Positions 33,720 to 50,634 of a DNA stretch of 64,000 nt are shown here, piece after piece; position 1 is the first letter of the stretch; the number at the start of each line of letters is the position of its first letter. Under the pieces are notes generated by a model. The model saw only the letters and a list, made by a program, of their open reading frames with translations, was not told where the DNA came from and did no database searches. The stretch comes from Macrostomum lignano (taxonomy: Eukaryota). The position numbers and the translations under genes were made by a program. Where the stretch lies: positions 62,001 to 126,000 of the forward strand of contig NIVC01002294.1 of assembly GCA_002269645.1 (NCBI GenBank). The letters are read 5' to 3'.

Positions 33720-35270
33720 CTCTGCTCCTCCTATCTGTCCTGTCCTGTCTGTCCTGTCCTATCTGTCCTGTCCTATCTGTCCTGTCCTGTCTGTCCTGTC
33801 CTGTCTGTCCTGCCCTGTCTGTCCTGTCCTGTCTGTCCTGTCCTGTCTGTCCTGTCCTGTCTGTCCTGTCCTGTCTGTCCTGTCCTGTCTGTCCTGTCCT
33901 ATCTATCCTGTCTGTCTGTCCTGTCCTATCTATTCTGTCCTATCTATTCTGTCCTGTCTGTCCTGTCCTATATGTCCTGTCCTATATGTCCTGTCCTATA
34001 TGTCCTGTCCTATATGTCCTGTCCTATATGTCCTGTCCTATATGTCCTGTCCTATATGTCCTGTCCTATATGTCCTGTCCTATCTACCCTGTCCTGTCTG
34101 TCCTGTCCTATCTGTCCTGTCCTATCTGTCCTGTCCTGTCTGTCCTGTCCTATCTGTCCTGTCCTGTCTGTCCTGTCCTATCTGTCCTGTCCTGTCTGTC
34201 CTGTCCTATCTGTCCTGTCCTATCTGTCCTGTCCTGTCCGTCCTGTCCTATCTATCCTGTCCTATCTGTCAAGTCCTGTCCTATCTGTTCTGTTCTATCT
34301 GTCCTGTCCTGTCCTATCTGTCCTGTCCTGTCCTGTCCTATCTGTCCTGTCCTATCTGTCCTGTCCTGTCCTGTCCTATCTGTCCTGTCCTATCTGTCCT
34401 GTCCTGTCTGTCCTGTCCTATCTGTCCTGTCCTGTCTGTCCTGTCCGCATCTGTCCTGTCCGCATCTGTCCTGTCCGCATCTGTCCTGTCTGCATCTGTC
34501 CTGTCTGCATCTGTCCTGTCCGCATCTGTCCTGTCTGCATCTGTCCTGTCCGCATCTGTCCTGTCCGCATCTGTCCTGTCCGCATCTGTCCTGTCCGCAT
34601 CTGTCCTGTCCGCATCTGTCCTGTCCGCATCTGTCCTGTCCGCATCTGTCCTGTCTGCATCTGTCCTGTCCGCATCTGTCCTGTCCGCATCTGTCCTGTC
34701 CGCATCTGTCCTGTCCGCATCTGTCCTGTCTGCATCTGTCCTGTCTGCATCTGTCCTGTCTGCATCTGTCCTGTCCGCATCTGTCCTGTCCGCATCTGTC
34801 CTGTCTGCATCTGTCCTGTCTGCATCTGTCCTGTCTGCATCTGTCCTGTCCGCATCTGTCCTGTCCGCATCTGTCCTGTCTGCATCTGTCCTGTCCGCAT
34901 CTGTCCTGTCCGCATCTGTCCTGTCCGCATCTGTCCTGTCTGCATCTGTCCTGTCTGCATCTGTCCTGTCCGCATCTGTCCTGTCCGCATCTGTCCTGTC
35001 CGCATCTGTCCTGTCTGCATCTGTCCTGTCTGCATCTGTCCTGTCCGCATCTGTCCTGTCCTGTCTGTCCTGTCCTGTCTGTCCTGTCCTGTCTGTCCTG
35101 TCCTGTCTGTCCTGTCCTGTCTGTCCTGTCCTGTCTGTCCTGTCCTGTCTGTCCTGTCCTGTCTGTCCTGTCCTGTCTGTCCTGTCCTGTCTGTCCTGTC
35201 CTGTCTGTAGTGTCCTATCTGTCCTGTCCTATCTGTCCTGTCTGCATCTGTCCTGTCCGCATCTGTCCCG
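33720..35270. repeat. (CTGTC)n-based compound repeat with 14-bp and 15-bp (CTGTCCTGTCCGCAT) higher-order units
   Basis: Direct inspection. Confidence 0.95.
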
Positions 35271-35851
35271 CCCGCACCTGTCCTTCTTGCGCCTGTCCTG
35301 CCAGATTTTATCCCATCCGCTGCATTGTGGTCTTGGCCAGCTTCAAGAAGATTATTTCTGCTACTAGCAGGTCTGTGTTCAGCAGATTCCCCCCGGCAGC
35401 CGTGCAAGTGTACTTTTGCCCCCCGGCTGCTTCAAGTGCTCCTCCGCTCTCCTGCACTTAGGCGAGACGGAGAGGCGGAGAGGCCGGGAGAGTCTCCGCT
35501 TTCTCTTCCCCTTTTTCCTTTCGCCCAGAGCTTCCCCTTGTCCAAAAATGGCAACTCGTGCCGCCCGCCGTCTCCCCACGTCTCTCAGCCCCCGGGAGCC
35601 CGCGGGGGACTTTAGAACGCGGAGTGCGGGAAGAAAATCCCCTCTCAGCCTCGGTCGGAGAGCAGCCGATATTTTCGGGCCTTCGCTGGGAGCGGCGGGG
35701 ATCCGGTTATCGATCGGCGCCTATTTTTAGCTCAAGACGGGCGCGTCTAGAAATTTCTGGCGCGCGGGGGCCGCGGCTGTTTGGAGAGGCGCGGGGGGGG
35801 GCGCCGGCAGCGGCACAGAGGGCCTCAGAGCGCCCAGTTGCCGGGCAACAG

Positions 35852-36038
35852 CCAATAGCGGCTCGGTGGGGGGGAGAATCCGGACAGAAATAGCGCGGGC
35901 CTCCCCCGCCCGTATAAATCCCCGGTCCCGGCCCAGCAATTGCTGATTTCTCCCGCTCCTGCAAGCAGAGCAAGCCAAAGAGCAGCTGAACCAAACCGGA
36001 TTTCGGCTCCGCAGACTTGAAGCCAACAGCAGACCCAA
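35852..36038 (+). promoter_or_regulatory. Probable Runx proximal promoter and non-coding first exon
   Basis: CCAAT at 35852-35856, a GC-rich box at ~35894-35911, TATAAA at 35913-35918, then a CAA|GTAAGT donor at 36039. Confidence 0.6.
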
Positions 36039-36737
36039 GTAAGTCCCCTTCAAGTTCCTACCAGAGCGTGGGAAAAGCGGCAAGCCTGCACCAAGGCAAT
36101 AAAGACCTTTATCTAGCTCGTATCTGTGCAGTCTTTGTTCCCTTATCACCAGCACTCGCCAGATGAAGACACTCTGGCCAGGGGCTCCCAGTCTTACACC
36201 AAAACTGTAAGGCCGATAAGAGCGGCAGGGCAGGAGAACCTGCAGAGTTTTATAATTTCTTTGCCTTCCCGAAAGGCCGGGCGGCCCCAAGTGCATGGCC
36301 GCATGCCGGCACCCAGTAACCCATTGAATTTTGCTCCTAACGATAATGGCTCCATTTCCCCTTGTAAAACCGAGTGCAGTTTGGGGTCACTGCAGCTGGC
36401 TGCGGGTCCTGCGGTGATGCTCTGCGGGCTGCAGCCGCCTGCTTGCACTTTTCCAGATGGCTAGCGGGGGAGCAGCGGACTGGAGGCTGGCCGTCATATA
36501 TAGCACCCCATCACCCACCCCCGGCAGCTCACAATAGAAAGCTCTCTTAAACCATTGATGCATTGACTTGACATCCCAGCAACCCAGTGACCTGCAGCAG
36601 GCATTCAGGCTGCTGCCTCTGCGGCTCTCTCTTGGTTTCACTTTGTTGCTCTTGGGCGGTGCAGACGCAATGACTCCTCTCCAATCCGCAGGCAATCCGC
36701 AGGTGATCCGCAGGTGATCCGCAGGTGATCCGCAACC

Positions 36738-40157
<3,420 letters not shown>

Positions 40158-41923
40158 CGTAGCTGGCGATTCATTCCACCGACTTTGGAGCAGCCAACAC
40201 TGTTGCTCTGCGGGACATTGTTCCCTCATGCGAATATTTCCCGTTGCTTGTCTATCACTGTCTTGTCTTTGGTGCGCGGTCTCTGCCCCCCCCTTGCATG
40301 TTTCTGCTCGAGTTAAATTTTTAGTGCAAATGAACGCGGATTTTCTATCCTTTTTGTCGTGAAAGTAGGGTACTCGCAGTGTCTGGTCTTGCACCCCTCT
40401 GCTGCTATTTCACAAGCTGCTCTCATTGTAGTTTGTTCTGTCTGCTTCAGCCTCCCAACTGGTCGCCCATTTAGCTTTGTTTGGCCTGCCTTCATCAAAG
40501 AGTTCTTATTCGATGCACTTCATTCTCTCTCAGCAATCGTTCATGCCGAACTGGTTTCTGTCCGCTTGTTGCTTCTGCAATTTCTTGTGCATTTAATCCA
40601 GCAGCCTCTCTCAACGCTTTAGCGAAAAAAAAATAATTAGAAAAACTGGTCGCACCTTTTACTATATAACTATTTTACTAAACACTCTACTTGCCGCAGT
40701 AGCGAGCTGCGCGCGCTTGCATGCGAGAAAATGCAAATTGAACATTCGCTCTGCTCCGGTCTGTATCGTATATATAGTTTACGTTTAGTCCGCGTTGTGC
40801 CGGTCAGAAGTCCTGAAGTGCGTCCTGTATTTGTTTATGGCTTTCTGTGCCCAAGTCCAGCTCCAAGTGAAGACTCTTGTGCCCAATATTTTAAGATATA
40901 CTGAATACGAAACGCAAATTTCTGCGCTGGTCAACAAACAGCTTAACTGCCGGAGTTCGGCTTTTCCATCGTACAAGCGTTGCAGGGAACTGACTCGTGA
41001 ATTGGAAGGAGTCTTGATTTTATCAGACTCTCGGCTCTCTGTTGACAAACAAATTTCTCCATCAAGTTGCACTTTAGCGCAGCTGGCACTTGTGACTGTC
41101 AGGGGGAAGGGTGAGAGGGAAAGGGCCGATATTTTATGGGGGTGGCGAGGCAGTTTTAAGAGCCAATAAGCGCGTTTTAAACGGTCTAGCCCCGGGCCAG
41201 AGAATTTTATCGATCGATCCGTACATGTGGGTACAACCCGTACACACATGCACATATCAACGCTTCGATGACCTTGGGGGCCTGAACGGGTCTGGGCGAA
41301 TGGGTTAATTGAGCGGATGGGCCACAGTGGTGTATTGTGTGCATAGAATCGGAATTAGATACATGTAATGTACAGTACTCAGAAAGCACAGCAGAGTTAA
41401 CATGAGGACATACATGTATGTATTTTTGCGGTTATAATTACACATAATTACTGTTACAGGTTCAAATCATAAATTTGTATATTTTATTACTTTGCATTGC
41501 AATAATTTTCCTGTATGTATAAAAATGTACTTTTACTTTCACCCAAACACAATAGAGCAATTGCCATTATTCCACATTTGCTCTCCCATGTAGGCATCAG
41601 TCACGTGACTGATTTACACTCCTTAATTACGAGTATCTATCCACCCCTCCTTTTGTTATTTTTACTAGAGGCGACACTGTCAGACAACCGGCGAGAGGCA
41701 TTGCTGCCCATTCCACCGCCCCCCTGAGCAGGCACACAGGCGCAGCGGATCCGTACGCAGTCACACAAAGCACACACTCACACAGGAGTGTACACACAGT
41801 GACCCTAACTTTATTTATTGTTAGGTATGCAGTACACTTCACTATGGCGTTGGCCCTCAAGGGCGTTATTTGCAGGAGCAGACCCCAGCTGAGATTCCAA
41901 TTTTGCCCCATATTAACGTGACT

Positions 41924-41986
41924 GCACTTGGAATCGAGCCTGGACCGCTGGAACATAAGACCGCCGCGCTGGACGGCTGGACCACC
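41924..41986 (-). mobile_element. Degenerate tRNA-like head, possible SINE remnant
   Basis: The minus strand reads GGTGGTCCAGCCGTCCAGC...GGTCCAGGCTCGATTCC, with A-box-like and B-box-like motifs at tRNA spacing. It has no intact cloverleaf. Confidence 0.35.
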
Positions 41987-43629
41987 AAGGAGGGTAGGAG
42001 AGGGGAATGGGGCTTACCCCACATTCACTGCCTGCACCCCTTATCTTTGTATTAGCGTGAAATACGCGCGGAATAGGGACATCTGTGCCGGGCAAAGTAT
42101 GCAGCAGGCACAATCGTGCAATGCACTTGTTTAGCGTGCCGCTCTGTTAAACAAATTGTTGGAGTCGTAAGCGCATTTCGGTCTTTATTAAACTCAGCTA
42201 TTGGTGACATTATGCGCGCATATCTTCATTATGGACTTATACTTTTAGTGCTAACAAATCATCATCACAAAATTTCTGGAGTCGATGAGGGCCCATGACA
42301 CACATGCACAGGCTAATAATGCAGGTACGCTCGTACTTGCAAGCAGGCAGGCAACACCCGACCCGCCGCGGGTGGCGGAGCTGCAATCTGATGCACTGCA
42401 GGAGGGCAGCACTGCGGGAGGGCACCGAGACTCCTGCAGTTTTTGCACTGCAGTTCAGTCTGGCCCGGGCGGGCGAATCTGTTTATCCTTTACTGTGCCG
42501 TTGATCCGCCGCTTTGGGCATTGAAAGCAACCGCTGGATCGAGGCATTGACGCCCGCGGCTCTGAGGCATCGGTAGCGGTTCTGAAGTGGCCGAGTGCCT
42601 CAACCGTCAGTGCAGGGCAAGTATTTCTAGGGTGAAAAATGCATCAGCCATCGAGATTACACTATAAGTTAAGCACAGTTGGCTTCGGTTAGTAGACTGC
42701 CAAATAGGCTGCTTGCGTCACTTCTGGCCGCCATTATATAATTATTTGGAGCTGCTGCTGTGGTAGGGTAGCAGCTCTGAGCTCAGCACAAGCTGCTGAT
42801 TGCCGTTGGTTGCCACACCTGGCCGCCTCGCTGCGATGCACATGTACAAGTAAATGTTTAAGAATGAGGCAGAAGCAGGTTCGATATGGGAACTATTCGA
42901 TCTGATTAAAAATGGCTGCTGATATATTTTTAGAACTAGAAAAAATGAAGAACGATGAATCAAATCGATAAATATGGTAGCATCACAGGCAGTAAAGCAA
43001 AGATGACTGAAGTTAAGCAGATTAAAGCTACTATCAAGGGCTTTTAATGCTACTGATACACTAAGATGATCGAGTAATCTTTACTGTACTCAGACCCTAA
43101 TTCACTGAGTCAAAGAGCAGCACATGAAAATGATCAAGAGACGAACCAGCCGAGAATAATCTGTTCGCAAAAATACATGTACAGCAAAGAGATTTCACAG
43201 GAGGTTTGCAGTCGTAGTGACCTTCTACTTTGGTTGTCCGCGCGTGCACTTCAGAAGTGCTTTCTATAGTTAATGCTAAAACAGAAAAGGGGAACTGATG
43301 GCAAAGGCTCAGGATCGCTGCAGCAGATGGAAAGCATTGGTTCAAGTAGACTAGAGCAGCTCAGGCAAATGGAAAAAGCAGAGCAGATAAGATTACATGC
43401 AGTGCGCAAAAGCAGTCTCTCAATCATCTCTCAATCCTGCCGACAAATATCAAACTGTTCGATTGATTCAAAAATCCTTTGTAGGAGACGAAGGGTCACA
43501 GAAAAATTAATGTTTCAATTTACACGACATTTTCTATAGTCTTATATAAACTGCCAAAGAGAAAAAGCTCGAGACTCATCTTGGGATGCAATTATTTCAC
43601 GCCGAAGTCTAAAAAAGTTTCGTTCTGTC

Positions 43630-44475
43630 AGTGTGCCCAGCAGGGCTGGCCATAGACTACGGCTGCCACTTTAACCCCACTCTGCTATGCAAAGCTTTCC
43701 AGCCAGTGCCCAGCAGGGCTGGCCATAGACTATGGCTGCCACTCTAACCCCACTCTGCTATGCAAAGCTTTCCAGCCAGTGCCCAGCAGGGCTGGCCATA
43801 GACTACGGCTGCCACTTTAACCCCACTCTGCTATGCAAAGCTTTCCAGCCAGTGTGCCCAGCAGGGCTGGTCATAGACTATGGCTGCCACTCTAACCCCA
43901 CTCTGCTATGCAAAGCTTTCCAGCCAGTGCCCAGCAGGGCTGGCCATAGACTACAGCTGCCACTTTAACCCCACTCTGCTATGCAAAGCTTTCCAGCCAG
44001 TGTGCCCAGCAGGGCTGGCCATAGACTACGGCTGCCACTTTTAACCCCACTCTGCTATGCAAAGCTTTCCAGCCAGTGCCCAGCAGGGCTGGCCATAGAC
44101 TACAGCTGCCACTCTAACCCCACTCTGCTATGCAAAGCTTTCCAGCCAGTGTGCCCAGCAGGGCTGGCCATAGACTACGGCTGCCACTTTTAACCCCACT
44201 CTGCTATGCAAAGCTTTCCAGCCAGTGTGCCCAGCAGGGCTGGTCATAGACTATGGCTGCCACTCTAACCCCACTCTGCTATGCAAAGCTTTCCAGCCAG
44301 TGTGCCCAGCAGGGCTGGTCATAGACTACAGCTGCCACTCTAACCCCACTCTGCTATGCAAAGCTTTCCGGCCAGTGTGCCCAGCAGGGCTGGCCATAGC
44401 CACTTTAACCCCAGACTGCTATGCAAAGCTTTCCAGCTAGTGCCCAGCAGGGCTGGCCATAGACTATGGCTGCCA
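43630..44475. repeat. 73-76-bp tandem repeat, ~11 copies
   Basis: Unit gtgcccagcagggctggccatagactacggctgccactttaaccccactctgctatgcaaagctttccagcca; no spacers. Confidence 0.93.
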
Positions 44476-44716
44476 CTCGAACCCCACGTTGCTGGCCATG
44501 CTCGGCAGTAAAGGCTCTGCAGAAGTGAACTACAAAAATATTACCAGCGGCTAAGTCTTTAGTTATAGACAGCTCTGCCGACTATCCAACAGCTTGAAGT
44601 TAGTCTTATACTAGTTGTGATATGGACATCAATTTGTTAATCTGCGCTGTTAATCGTGTTAGTTGTTAATCGTTAAGACACTAAGTACTGTCAAGTCTCC
44701 TACTCAGCGACCAGGC

Positions 44717-46500
44717 CTACTGACCGGTGCGAAAGTGCGCCAGGAACTCCATGGGCAGCGGGAAGATGATGGTGGAGTTCTTCTCCGCCGAGATCACATT
44801 CAGCGTGTGCAGGTAGCGCAGCTGCAGGGCGAATGGCGACTCCTGGATGACTACAGCGGCCTCCCGCAGCGCTCGGCTGGCCTTCTGCTCGCCCTCGGCC
44901 ATGATCACTTTCGCCCGCGCCTCCCTGGCGGCCTCCGCCTCCGCCGCCATTGCTCGCTGTAGCTGCACTGGCAGGCGTACGTCCTTGATCTCCACCCGCT
45001 CCACCTTGACGCCCCAGGGATCGGTGGCGAGGTCCAGGCACTCCTGCATCATGCAGCTGATCTCCTCGCGCTCGGACAGGATCTCGGACAGGTTCTTCGT
45101 GCCCAGCACGTTGCGCAGGGTGGTCTGGGCCAGCAGGCGGGTCGACCGGTCCGCGTCCTCAACGTTGGTGACGCTGACCACCGGGCTGAAGATCCGGTAG
45201 TACACCACCGCGTCCACCGCCACGGTCACCGAGTCCTTGGTTAGAACTTCCTGCGGAGGCACGTCGAATGTCACGGTGCGGAGGTCCACGATGCGCACGC
45301 TGTCGCAGCAGGGGATGATGAAGAACAGGCCGGGGCCCTTGCCCTGCTGGCCGAGCACGCGGCCGAGGCGGAGCACCACCGCCCGCTCGTACTCGGCCAC
45401 CACGCGGAGGCAGAAGATCAGCGAGAACGGGAAGGTCAGCGCGATGAGGGCCAGGCTGCAGATGTACAGGCAGCTTGAGCAGCCGCTGTCCGGGGTGGCC
45501 GCGGCCGATTGCCACTGGTCTCCGCCGGCTGCGAGGAGCGCCGACTGCGGCAGCGGCTGCTGTGGGGGCGCCGCCTTCAGGATGCTCGGCGGCGGCGACA
45601 CCGAAGAAGGCGACGGCGGCTGCCCCGGCGCTTCGTTCGACCAGCCGACGGAGCGGCGCTGCCGGCGCTGCCGCTGCGGCTGCTGCGGCTGCGGCTCCTC
45701 CTTGTCCTCCGGCTGCGACTGGGGACTGAAAAGAGCGGCAGTCGGAGACACTCCTGAGCTTCGGGCACTGCCGCTCACGGAATCGAACCACGGGTCCTGC
45801 CCACATGTAGCGCTCACAATGCGGCCATGATTTCCAACACACTCTGCTTGGGGGTGGCCTGATTTCCAATGCAAGTCATGTACACACTCTGCTTGGGGGT
45901 GGCCTGATTTCCAATGCCAGTCATGTACACACTCTGCTTGGGGGTGGCCTGATTTCCAATGCCAGTCATGTACACACTCTGCTTGGGGGTGGCCTGATTT
46001 CCAATGCCAGTCATGTACACACTCTGCTTGGGGGTGGCCTGATTTCCAATGCCAGTCATGTACACACTTTGCTTGGGGGTGGCCTGATTTCCAATGCCAG
46101 TCATGTACACACTTTGCTTGGGGGTGGCTCTGATTTCCAATGCCAGTCATGTACACACTCTGCTTGGGGGTGGCCTGATTTCCAATGCCAGTCATGTACA
46201 CACTCTGCTTGGGGGTGGCTCTGATTTCCAATGCCAGTCATGTGCACACTCTGCTTGGGGGTGGCCCTTCTAGGTGCAAATCACGTGACCAGCCCGAAAC
46301 CAATTTTCGGAATCGAACCCGGGCATTTTGGCTGGAGAGTCAGAGCCCAGATAAATCCCAGACGTTCCTTGGCAACTGGTCTGTTTTATCAGTATGATGG
46401 AGCAGACGTTTCGAACTCACTTCTCCGAGGCGACGGAAACCTGCATGAGCGCCTGCGGCAGCGGGGCAGCGGACTCAAATGCTGACAGACCGGAGAACAT
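44717..46500 (-). CDS. STOM: Stomatin / band 7 (SPFH/PHB) family protein
   Basis: The main exon 45725-44717 encodes the hydrophobic hairpin LIALTFPFSLIFC, then VVAEYERAVVLRLGR, GPGLFFIIPC, VDLRTVTFDVPPQEVLTKDSVTVAVDAVVY, WGVKVERVEIKDV and LQLRYL...AEKNSTIIFPLP. A probable first exon at 46500-46421 (ATG ... GAG AA|gtgagt) joins in phase; that exon is less certain. Confidence 0.9.
45830..46265. repeat. 45-bp minisatellite in the stomatin intron, ~9 copies
   Basis: Unit cacactctgcttgggggtggcctgatttccaatgccagtcatgta. Confidence 0.93.
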
Positions 46501-47124
46501 TGCGGCAAGAGTCTGAGATAGAAATCTTCTCCGCTGAGGTGGAAGAGGCGCCGCAGGACGGAAGCGGCCTCATTAATCCTGTAGCGGCGGCCATCGATGA
46601 GGGAGGGGCGTGGGGGCCAATGGCCAGGCACAGCTGCTGGAATTGGTCCCCGCTGCGCCCTGTCGGGAGAAGGGAAAAATTCCCCATTCTAAGCCGCCCA
46701 CCTTGCCGCCATGCCGCTGCACCCCTCGAATACCGCCCCTCCTGCCTGAGCAGCGCCTCGCGCCCGCTATCGGCTGCGGCATCGCCCGGGGGGCTCGGGA
46801 CAACTGCTCTGGGGGGGGGGGGTGGGCATCTTCCCCTCCTTGATCCCTTGTCAATTGCTGAGCCGGCCGGATGAGCGGATTCTGCGACGCAGACCGGCTG
46901 CTTCCCAGGGAGATCTCCGCCTCCCCGCCTTGTACAGCGGAAATTCGGCTCATCGATTCGCCTGCTGCAGTTTAATATTTCATCAAGTTCATCTTTATTC
47001 TGCTCGCGACCCCGCGTGTCAGCCCGGCCGTCTGCGAATTCTTCAATATGCAGCTCATTGTGACATACATGCATGATGGCCTTCGATAATCCCCCGTGAA
47101 ACCCTTCACCTGGAACTCCATTTT

Positions 47125-47822
47125 GCTTGCCCTCTGTCACTCTGCCCTCTCACTCTGCCCTCTCACTCTGCCCTCTCACTCTGCACTGTCACTCTGCACT
47201 GTCACTCTGCACTGTCACTCTGCACTGTCACTCTGCCCTCTCACTCTGCCCTCTCACTTAGCCCTCTCACTCTGCACTGTCACTCTGCACTGTCACTCTG
47301 CCCTCTCACTCTGCCCTCTCACTCTGCCCTCTCACTCTGCCCTCTCACTCTGCACTGTCACTCTGCACTGTCACTCTGCACTGTCACTCTGCCCTCTCAC
47401 TCTGCCCTCTCACTCTGCCCTCTCACTCTGCCCTCTCACTCTGCACTGTCACTCTGCACTGTCACTCTGCACTGTCACTCTGCCCTCTCACTCTGCCCTC
47501 TCACTCTGCCCTCTCACTCTGCCCTCTCACTCTGCCCTCTAACTCTGCCCTCTCACTCTGCACTGTCACTCTGCTCTCTCACTCTGCACTGTCACTCTGC
47601 CCTCTCACTCTGCACTGTCACTCTGCACTGTCACTCTGCACTGTCACTCTGCTCTCTCACTCTGCACTGTCACTCTGCCCTCTCACTCTGCACTGTCACT
47701 CTGCTCTGTCACTCTGCTCTGTCACTCTGCACTGTCACTCTGCACTGTCACTCTGCCCTCTCACTCTACCCTCTCACTCTGCCCTCTCACTCTGCCCTCT
47801 CACTCTGCCCTCTCACTCTGCA
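47125..47822. repeat. 13-bp minisatellite with two interspersed variants (CACTCTGCCCTCT / CACTCTGCACTGT)
   Basis: Direct inspection. Confidence 0.95.
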
Positions 47823-48600
47823 CACTCGGGCCACTGATGTGCTGAAAATCCCCAGCAGTTTTATTTCTCCTCTCTAGAGAATTATTTTCGCATATTTTTC
47901 AACATTTTCTCTGCAAGAGAATCAGTGCCGAGCCGCTGAATGCAGATCAGACAGTCCTTTATTTAGACAGTCTCGCCGACAAGCCAAAGCACAATGCCGC
48001 TTCATCATCCGCCATTGTTCCAGCCTCTGCACTGGCAGTATAGGAAGGCACCTCTGCTGCACTCCGCTGCTTGAGCTGGGAATTTTGCAGCCTTTTAAGC
48101 GGATGCAATTTCTCCGCCAAAATTGTTTTTTTCCCATCCCATCTCAGGGCTGCCGGGATTCAGGCTAATTGGGGGGGGGGGGGCGCCGCAGGTTCAAAGA
48201 CAGCAGGGAGATATGGGGCGGCTCGCTCTGCATTGCCGGGACAGCAGGCTGATTGCATCTGACGCGCGGCCCGCCATTTGTTGCGAAAAGGCAAATAAAA
48301 TGCAAAAAGGCAAATCCTGCGCCAGCCAATTGCCAGGTATCTCTGGGGCCATTTTTCATGCCAGCGATTTCAAAATGGGAGATTCAAGCAGCTGCCAGAT
48401 TCTGCCTAGTAACCGCTTCCCAAATCACCTGCCAGCGCGGAGTGAAAATGCGATAAACCCCCGGAGCCCTGCTAATCCGGGTTTATGGCTCCTGCCTCGC
48501 CTGCCTGATTTTAACCGGCCGCTGCAGAATCAAAGCAGTCGGGCAAATTCAATGGCATCCAGGATTTACAGTATTGGGCAGCTGCTCCGCGAGCTAATGG

Positions 48601-49990
48601 GTGATTAGTGAGAGTGAGAGTGATTAGTGAGAGTGAGATAGTGATTAGTGAGAGTGAGATAGTGATTAGTGAGAGTGAGATAGTGATTAGTGAGAGTGAG
48701 ATAGTGATTAGTGAGAGTGAGATAGTGATTAGTGAGAGTGAGATAGTGATTAGTGAGAGTGAGATAGTGATTAGTGAGAGTGAGATAGTGATTAGTGAGA
48801 GTGAGATAGTGATTAGTGAGAGTGAGATAGTGATTAGTGAGAGTGAGATAGTGATTAGTGAGAGTGAGATAGTGATTAGTGAGAGTGAGATAGTGATTAG
48901 TGAGAGTGAGATAGTGATTAGTGAGAGTGAGATAGTGATTAGTGAGAGTGAGATAGTGATTAGTGAGAGTGAGATAGTGATTAGTGAGAGTGAGATAGTG
49001 ATTAGTGAGAGTGAGATAGTGATTAGTGAGAGTGAGATAGTGATTAGTGAGAGTGAGATAGTGATTAGTGAGAGTGAGATAGTGATTAGTGAGAGTGAGA
49101 TAGTGATTAGTGAGAGTGAGATAGTGATTTGTGAGAGTGAGATAGTGATTAGTGAGAGTGAGATAGTGATTAGTGAGACTGAGATAGTGATTAGTGAGAG
49201 TGATTAGTGAGAGTGAGATAGTGAGATAGTGATTAGTGAGATAGTGATTAGTGAGAGTGAGATAGTGATTAGTGAGAGTGAGATAGTGATTTGTGAGAGT
49301 GAGATAGTGATTAGTGAGAGTGAGATAGTGATTAGTGAGAGTGAGATAGTGATTAGTGAGAGTGATTAGTGAGAGTGAGATAGTGAGATAGTGATTAGTG
49401 AGATAGTGATTAGTGAGATAGTGATTAGTGAGAGTGAGATAGTGATTAGTGAGAGTGAGATAGTGATTAGTGAGAGTGATTAGTGAGAGTGAGATAGTGA
49501 TTAGTGAGAGTGAGATAGTGATTAGTGAGAGTGATTAGTGAGAGTGATTAGTGAGACTGAGATAGTGATTAGTGAGAGTGAGAGTGATTAGTGAGAGTGA
49601 GATGGTGATTAGTGAGAGTGAGATGGTGATTAGTGAGAGTGATTAGTGAGAGTGATTAGTGAGAGTGAGATAGTGATTAGTGAGAGTGAGATAGTGATTA
49701 GCGAGAATGAGAGTGATTAGTGAGAGTGAGATAGTGATTAGCGAGAGTGAGATAGTGATTAGTGAGAGTGAGATAGTGATTAGCGAGAGTGAGATAGTGA
49801 GAGTGATTAGTGAGAGTGAGATAGTGATTAGCGAGAGTGAGAGTGATTAGTGAGAGTGAGATAGTGATTAGTGAGAGTGAGATAGTGATTAGTGAGAGTG
49901 GGGTGAGATCAGTGGGGTGGGAGTGAGATCAGTGAGGGGTGAGAGTGAGATCAGTGAGGGTGAGAGTGAGATAAGTGAGGGTGAGAGTGA
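48601..49990. repeat. 21-bp minisatellite (GTGATTAGTGAGAGTGAGATA)n, decaying at the 3' end
   Basis: Direct inspection. Confidence 0.96.
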
Positions 49991-50634
49991 GATCAGTGAG
50001 GGTGAGAGTGATGAACAAATATCAGGGCCAGCAGCAGACAGCTTTATCCCTTAATCGTCTGGTTTGACCCATCAGGAGATCAGAGGCGGCCAGAGGGGTG
50101 GCAGCAAAGCTTCGACTTTGTCTGCAGCCTCTCCAAATAATTTATGATGGAAGGTCTGCGCAGCAACGCCTAAGCCAACGCTAAGTTGCTTTCAACTGCT
50201 TTGTCAGCGGCAGAAACAAAGTGGCGAGGCCGTTCATTCGGAGCTGCTTTTCCGCGAAAATCCCAACTTTGAGGTCATCTGTGTGCGAATTAACCAGCGC
50301 ATTTTGAAGCTTCCTCTTGGCGGCCATAAAGCAGCTTAAAGTGCGGCCAGCAGACCCCGGCTGAGGCTCTCAGTGCATTCGCTGTGTTGAGGGTGAAAGC
50401 TGTCAGCTAGGGGTTGTTGCTGTCAGGTGCCCGGGTCAGCCAGCACTGAGCAGTGTGAACTAGCAATCTGTGCCCCCCGTTGGGCAGGAAACAAAGAAAG
50501 ATTTTTGAATTAACTACATGTAGGGTTTTGAGCTTGTACAGCTACTATTGTTAATCCGTTAGGGAAAATGATGTTTAAAGCAAAAAAGCTGGGCCCCGCC
50601 CTGAATGCCAACTGTCTCGCCTAAGATCTCAGCA

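Noticed and set aside
33467-35461. Cys-rich 600-660-aa ORFs resembling metallothionein or keratin-associated proteins
   Set aside because: They are (CTGTC)n-derived repeat; all three plus frames are open, and there is no splice or codon support.
43630-44475. CRISPR-like appearance of long-unit arrays (also 45830-46265 and 30660-32090)
   Set aside because: The units are contiguous without unique spacers, there are no cas genes, and the context is eukaryotic.
45726-46231. Repeat-encoded N-terminus of the 504-aa stomatin ORF
   Set aside because: It lies upstream of a clear acceptor (ctcttttcag at 45726) and is a 45-bp intronic repeat.
46305-46330. tRNA B-box-like GGTTCGATTCC on the minus strand (similar motif at ~60165)
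   Set aside because: There is no convincing A box or cloverleaf; these are isolated motifs.
48608-49207. 199-aa VISESEI-repeat ORF (also 6036-6566 GDNPLLL and 63014-63585)
   Set aside because: These are pure minisatellite translations.
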